64,000 nucleotides of DNA, taken from positions 81,840,001 through 81,904,000 of the forward strand of contig CM097885.1 in the NCBI GenBank assembly GCA_044892525.1, read 5' to 3'. A program made the translations under genes and the position numbers. The notes below the pieces were generated by a model. It was not told the origin of the DNA. It worked only from the letters and a program-made list of their open reading frames with translations, and did not search any database. The DNA comes from Schmidtea polychroa (taxonomy: Eukaryota). This document shows, in pieces, positions 60,593 to 64,000 of this stretch; the stretch's first letter is position 1; each line of letters starts with the position of its first letter.

Positions 60593-63288
60593 CGAAAATC
60601 CGAAAACAAATATTATGAAATATTATAACAGTAAATACTGAAAAGCAATTTGTATCGTTACCATGTCAACATTATCATCAATATAAAGTCTATTTGTGAT
60701 TGGCTAATTTGAATCCACTGATACAATTGCAATCACAGCATTTCAAATGGGTGTATGTGTGCGTGCGTGTTTGTGTGCATAGGTGTATATGTGTGTATAA
60801 TTGATGCTTTATTATGTTTCAGAGACATTATGGCATAAATATGGCATTTTTCTACTAATGAGTATAATTATGTTTTGAATTATTTAATTACCTCGTTGAA
60901 CATGAGTAATAAGTGGGGGCCACTGTGAGTTTGTCTGCCAATTATCTGGTATACTACAAATTTTACAATTTTGTAAATAAAAATTCTTTCAATTTGTGAT
61001 AAAATAGCCAAATTATAAATTTGCTTTTTAGAAACCATTTTTGTATCGAACGAAAGGATAGAATAAATCTTGAATCTAATTTCTTATTATTAAAGTATTC
61101 TAAAATAATTTCAACTACATAAAAATTAAATTTAACATTTAAATGATTTCGGATAGTGGGAGGGGGGTCAAGAGGAGCGTAGTAGCTTACTTCATCTTTA
61201 TTTTTTTAAATAAAACTTACAATAAAGATTTTTCTTTATATTTAACCTCTATAGGGCCTTGACCACATATTTAGACGTTTGATTAAAATCTTATAGTAAA
61301 AATTTTTCCATTCGCGGAACTGTTCCAAAAATAATTGTTAAATCTTTACTAAATTTTCTAACCAGAAAATAAATTCCAATTTTCATAAGATAAATTTTTT
61401 TGTTATTACTGAAATTAAAAATTCATCCCTGAAAATATCTTCTGAAAATTCGAGTTAAATATAAAAAAAAATATTGATCGGTAGTGTAGTAAAAAGAAAG
61501 AAAGAAATAAAATTGAAAAGAAATCATTGGTGAATGAGATAACAGATTTCCACAAAAGATTGTGTTGGGGTTATCCATATGGTAAAAGTCAGAATAGTCG
61601 AATATGGAAGTCAAAAAAAAAAGTCGACAGATAGTGAAAAATTAGTCGACTGCAAACCCAAACAAATAACCGACATCCAACAAATCCCTAAAAAATCGTC
61701 GACAATTTAATTCAAATTATTTTGTGGAAAAAGTTAACTAATAAAAGTTAGTTATTATAAATTTTCCGTACGGTCGGGGGGTGCGGGTGTTGAATGTAAG
61801 TATACCCATGTGACCTATACCCTTAGACGCTGTACCCCTAGAGGGACAAAACTTCCTGTCGGATAGTCTAATACTATATATGGTAAGACTTTTTTATCTC
61901 CGCAACTATATATTTTTTCTTAAATTTTTCAACGGTATCTAAGTATAAAAGTGACGGACTACTTCTCTGCAAAGTTTCAATTTAAAATTCCATCGGGAGC
62001 ACATAGGAAAAACTATTTTTTTAGGATTTAATATTGTCGGCTATTTTTTTGTACTACATCTTCGACGATTTTTTCGGGTTTCAACATTGGCAACGATTGG
62101 CTGTCGTAAAAATATATTATTTTTATGTAACTGGTGAATTATGAGTTTTTTTCGCGTCTGTGTGCGTTTCTTTGCTTTGACATTGGATTTAATGTGTGTG
62201 CGCACACAGACGCAGACAATTGTCGAGTTTTTATGGAAGTTTTGGATTTATCAGTTTTTCAAATTTTTTTGGATTTTATGTCAAGTTGTTTAAATATGGT
62301 AGATTTTCTGTAAATTTTGAAAATAAAGATTTTAAAATTCGTTAATGATTAATTTCGAAATGGAAAAAGTAGTTTGGAATATCACTGTTTGAATGGATGA
62401 ATGTTCATACAACTCTTTGGACATTACTAGACAAATTTAAATACATATGAAATGAAAAATATTATTTTTTATTATAATATTTTAAAATAGCCTTTAATGA
62501 TATTAATGACGATTTTTTTTATAATTAATATTTATTTAATTTCTAAATTTTATATATTTTATTTTATTTTTATTAATTTCGACGCCATGTTGGAAATCGT
62601 CATTTTCTAGAATATTCGAAATTCTTTTAATTCAAAATATTTTTCTATTTAATTTTTGTCATTTTTAATGTATAATTAATATTTATTTAAGTCTAAATTT
62701 TTATATTTGATTTATTTTTTATTAATTTTGATATCATGTTGAAGCTGTCCAAATCTAGCTCGAAAAATTCTTCCGCCATATTTTTTTTAAAATGTAAATA
62801 ATGATTTTTTATTCATTGCAACTCCACATCAAAAGTTTATATGCATATTATATTATATGTTGTATTTGTGATTTAAATTAATTTTTTCTTCCAGTTTCTA
62901 TTTCTATAGTAAATGCTTCTATTTATTCAAACATTAAATTTTTACACATAAGTTCGTGTGTTTGGATAATATAACTTTATTGATTTTTTTATATTATAGA
63001 AATTTTAATTCACCACAAACGGATGTTTGATAGAGAAAAATGACTGTGTCCTGTAAATCTAATTTTGCTACTTTATTTTTATTTTTTACTATTTCACTTC
63101 GCGTAGCTTCCAACTGTAAAATTTATGATGAAAATCCTATTTTAAATAAAATATTATCAGGCGTAATAAAACATTTGAATACATTTATTTGTTATAAACT
63201 CAGTAATTTTATGGATTTAAATTTTACCCATTTACTTCACCCTTATTTTAAAAAAATGCCTAATTCCTTAATGCATTCCCATTTACTG

Positions 63289-63879
63289 TTAAACATACAT
63301 CATGGAAGACTCATCCATTTCATCTTCTGAATCACTCAAAACTGTGCTCTCTCCTTCACACTCCTCATTTGTCTCGATATTGTAATTTGTGTGGTTTCTT
63401 GAGCATTTTATGGGATGCGTTACTGAATTTGAATTATCAACCTCATAAGGATTTACGAAATTCATTTTAGGACGTTTCATGTGACCAGGTCTTGTATATG
63501 TCCTACACTGGGGCCGAACGGATACTTGGTCGTAATTAGACATGTTAACTGACATTGGCCTTGATGCTACACTACGATTCACGGGTTTAAACGATGTTCC
63601 GGCCTTATGGGTACTATGAAGAGCGCTGTCATTCCGATAACTTGGAGTTCTGCAAAACTGCTTCTGACTACTCTCACGAATGTATGACAGGGTTTTTAAT
63701 ATTCCCGATTTCATTTGTTCAATTAACTGATTATTTAATCGCAATTGACCGCGAATTTCTCGCATGTTTTTGTTAATAGCCCGAGCAGTAGAATTCCACA
63801 ATTCTTCAATAGAAGCTGGAGGTTTCGAGCCCATTTCATCAGGCATTGGGTTTTCTGGAACTTTTTCTTGGTTTTTCAT
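63289..63879 (-). CDS. 196-aa ORF of unknown function (coiled-coil N-terminus, acidic tail)
   Basis: Long ATG-initiated ORF in otherwise stop-rich AT DNA. Confidence 0.55.
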   Translation of the reverse strand: MKNQEKVPENPMPDEMGSKPPASIEELWNSTARAINKNMREIRGQLRLNNQLIEQMKSGILKTLSYIRESSQKQFCRTPSYRNDSALHSTHKAGTSFKPVNRSVASRPMSVNMSNYDQVSVRPQCRTYTRPGHMKRPKMNFVNPYEVDNSNSVTHPIKCSRNHTNYNIETNEECEGESTVLSDSEDEMDESSMMYV

Positions 63880-64000
63880 TCTTGTATCTAACTATTTTTT
63901 TGAATTTCAAATACTATTGATTGTATTATTTAATTATTACTTATTTACTGATCCAATTAATAACTTTTAATTATATATTTTTCATCTTACAATATAATTC

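Overview
Very AT-rich eukaryotic DNA, not prokaryotic: spliceosomal micro-introns of 41-52 bp, nested transposons and two N-gaps. A triclad planarian-like host is my inference from the micro-introns, the CGCxYC-type TRAF gene, Penelope and Merlin elements and the AT content. About 1-31 kb is a nested LTR-retroelement landscape. It holds a minus-strand Ty3/gypsy remnant that lacks RT/RNaseH and a young, TSD-flanked gypsy element that lacks the integrase core. It also holds an apparently intronless cluster of degenerate ubiquitin-system genes (ubiquitin-like fusion and two RING fingers, plus a possible death-fold ORF), several unknown ORFs, and a near full-length but decayed chuvirus-like (Jingchuvirales-type) envelope glycoprotein gene at about 20.1-22.0 kb. 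At 31.7-35.3 kb lie two convergent host genes that I assembled by hand across micro-introns: a 3-exon TRAF and a 10-exon ULK/Atg1-like kinase that the ORF track misses entirely. From 35 to 57 kb there are many hAT, pogo, piggyBac and Merlin elements and MITEs (several with verified TSDs), a solo LTR, an IBR-like exon, a 103-bp foldback, and a Penelope-like element with a minimal hammerhead ribozyme. The last 6 kb hold unknown host-like genes. Best candidates for new biology: the chuviral-type env and the possible giant retroelement carrying ubiquitin/apoptosis cargo. All homology calls come from motif recognition by eye; no searches were run.
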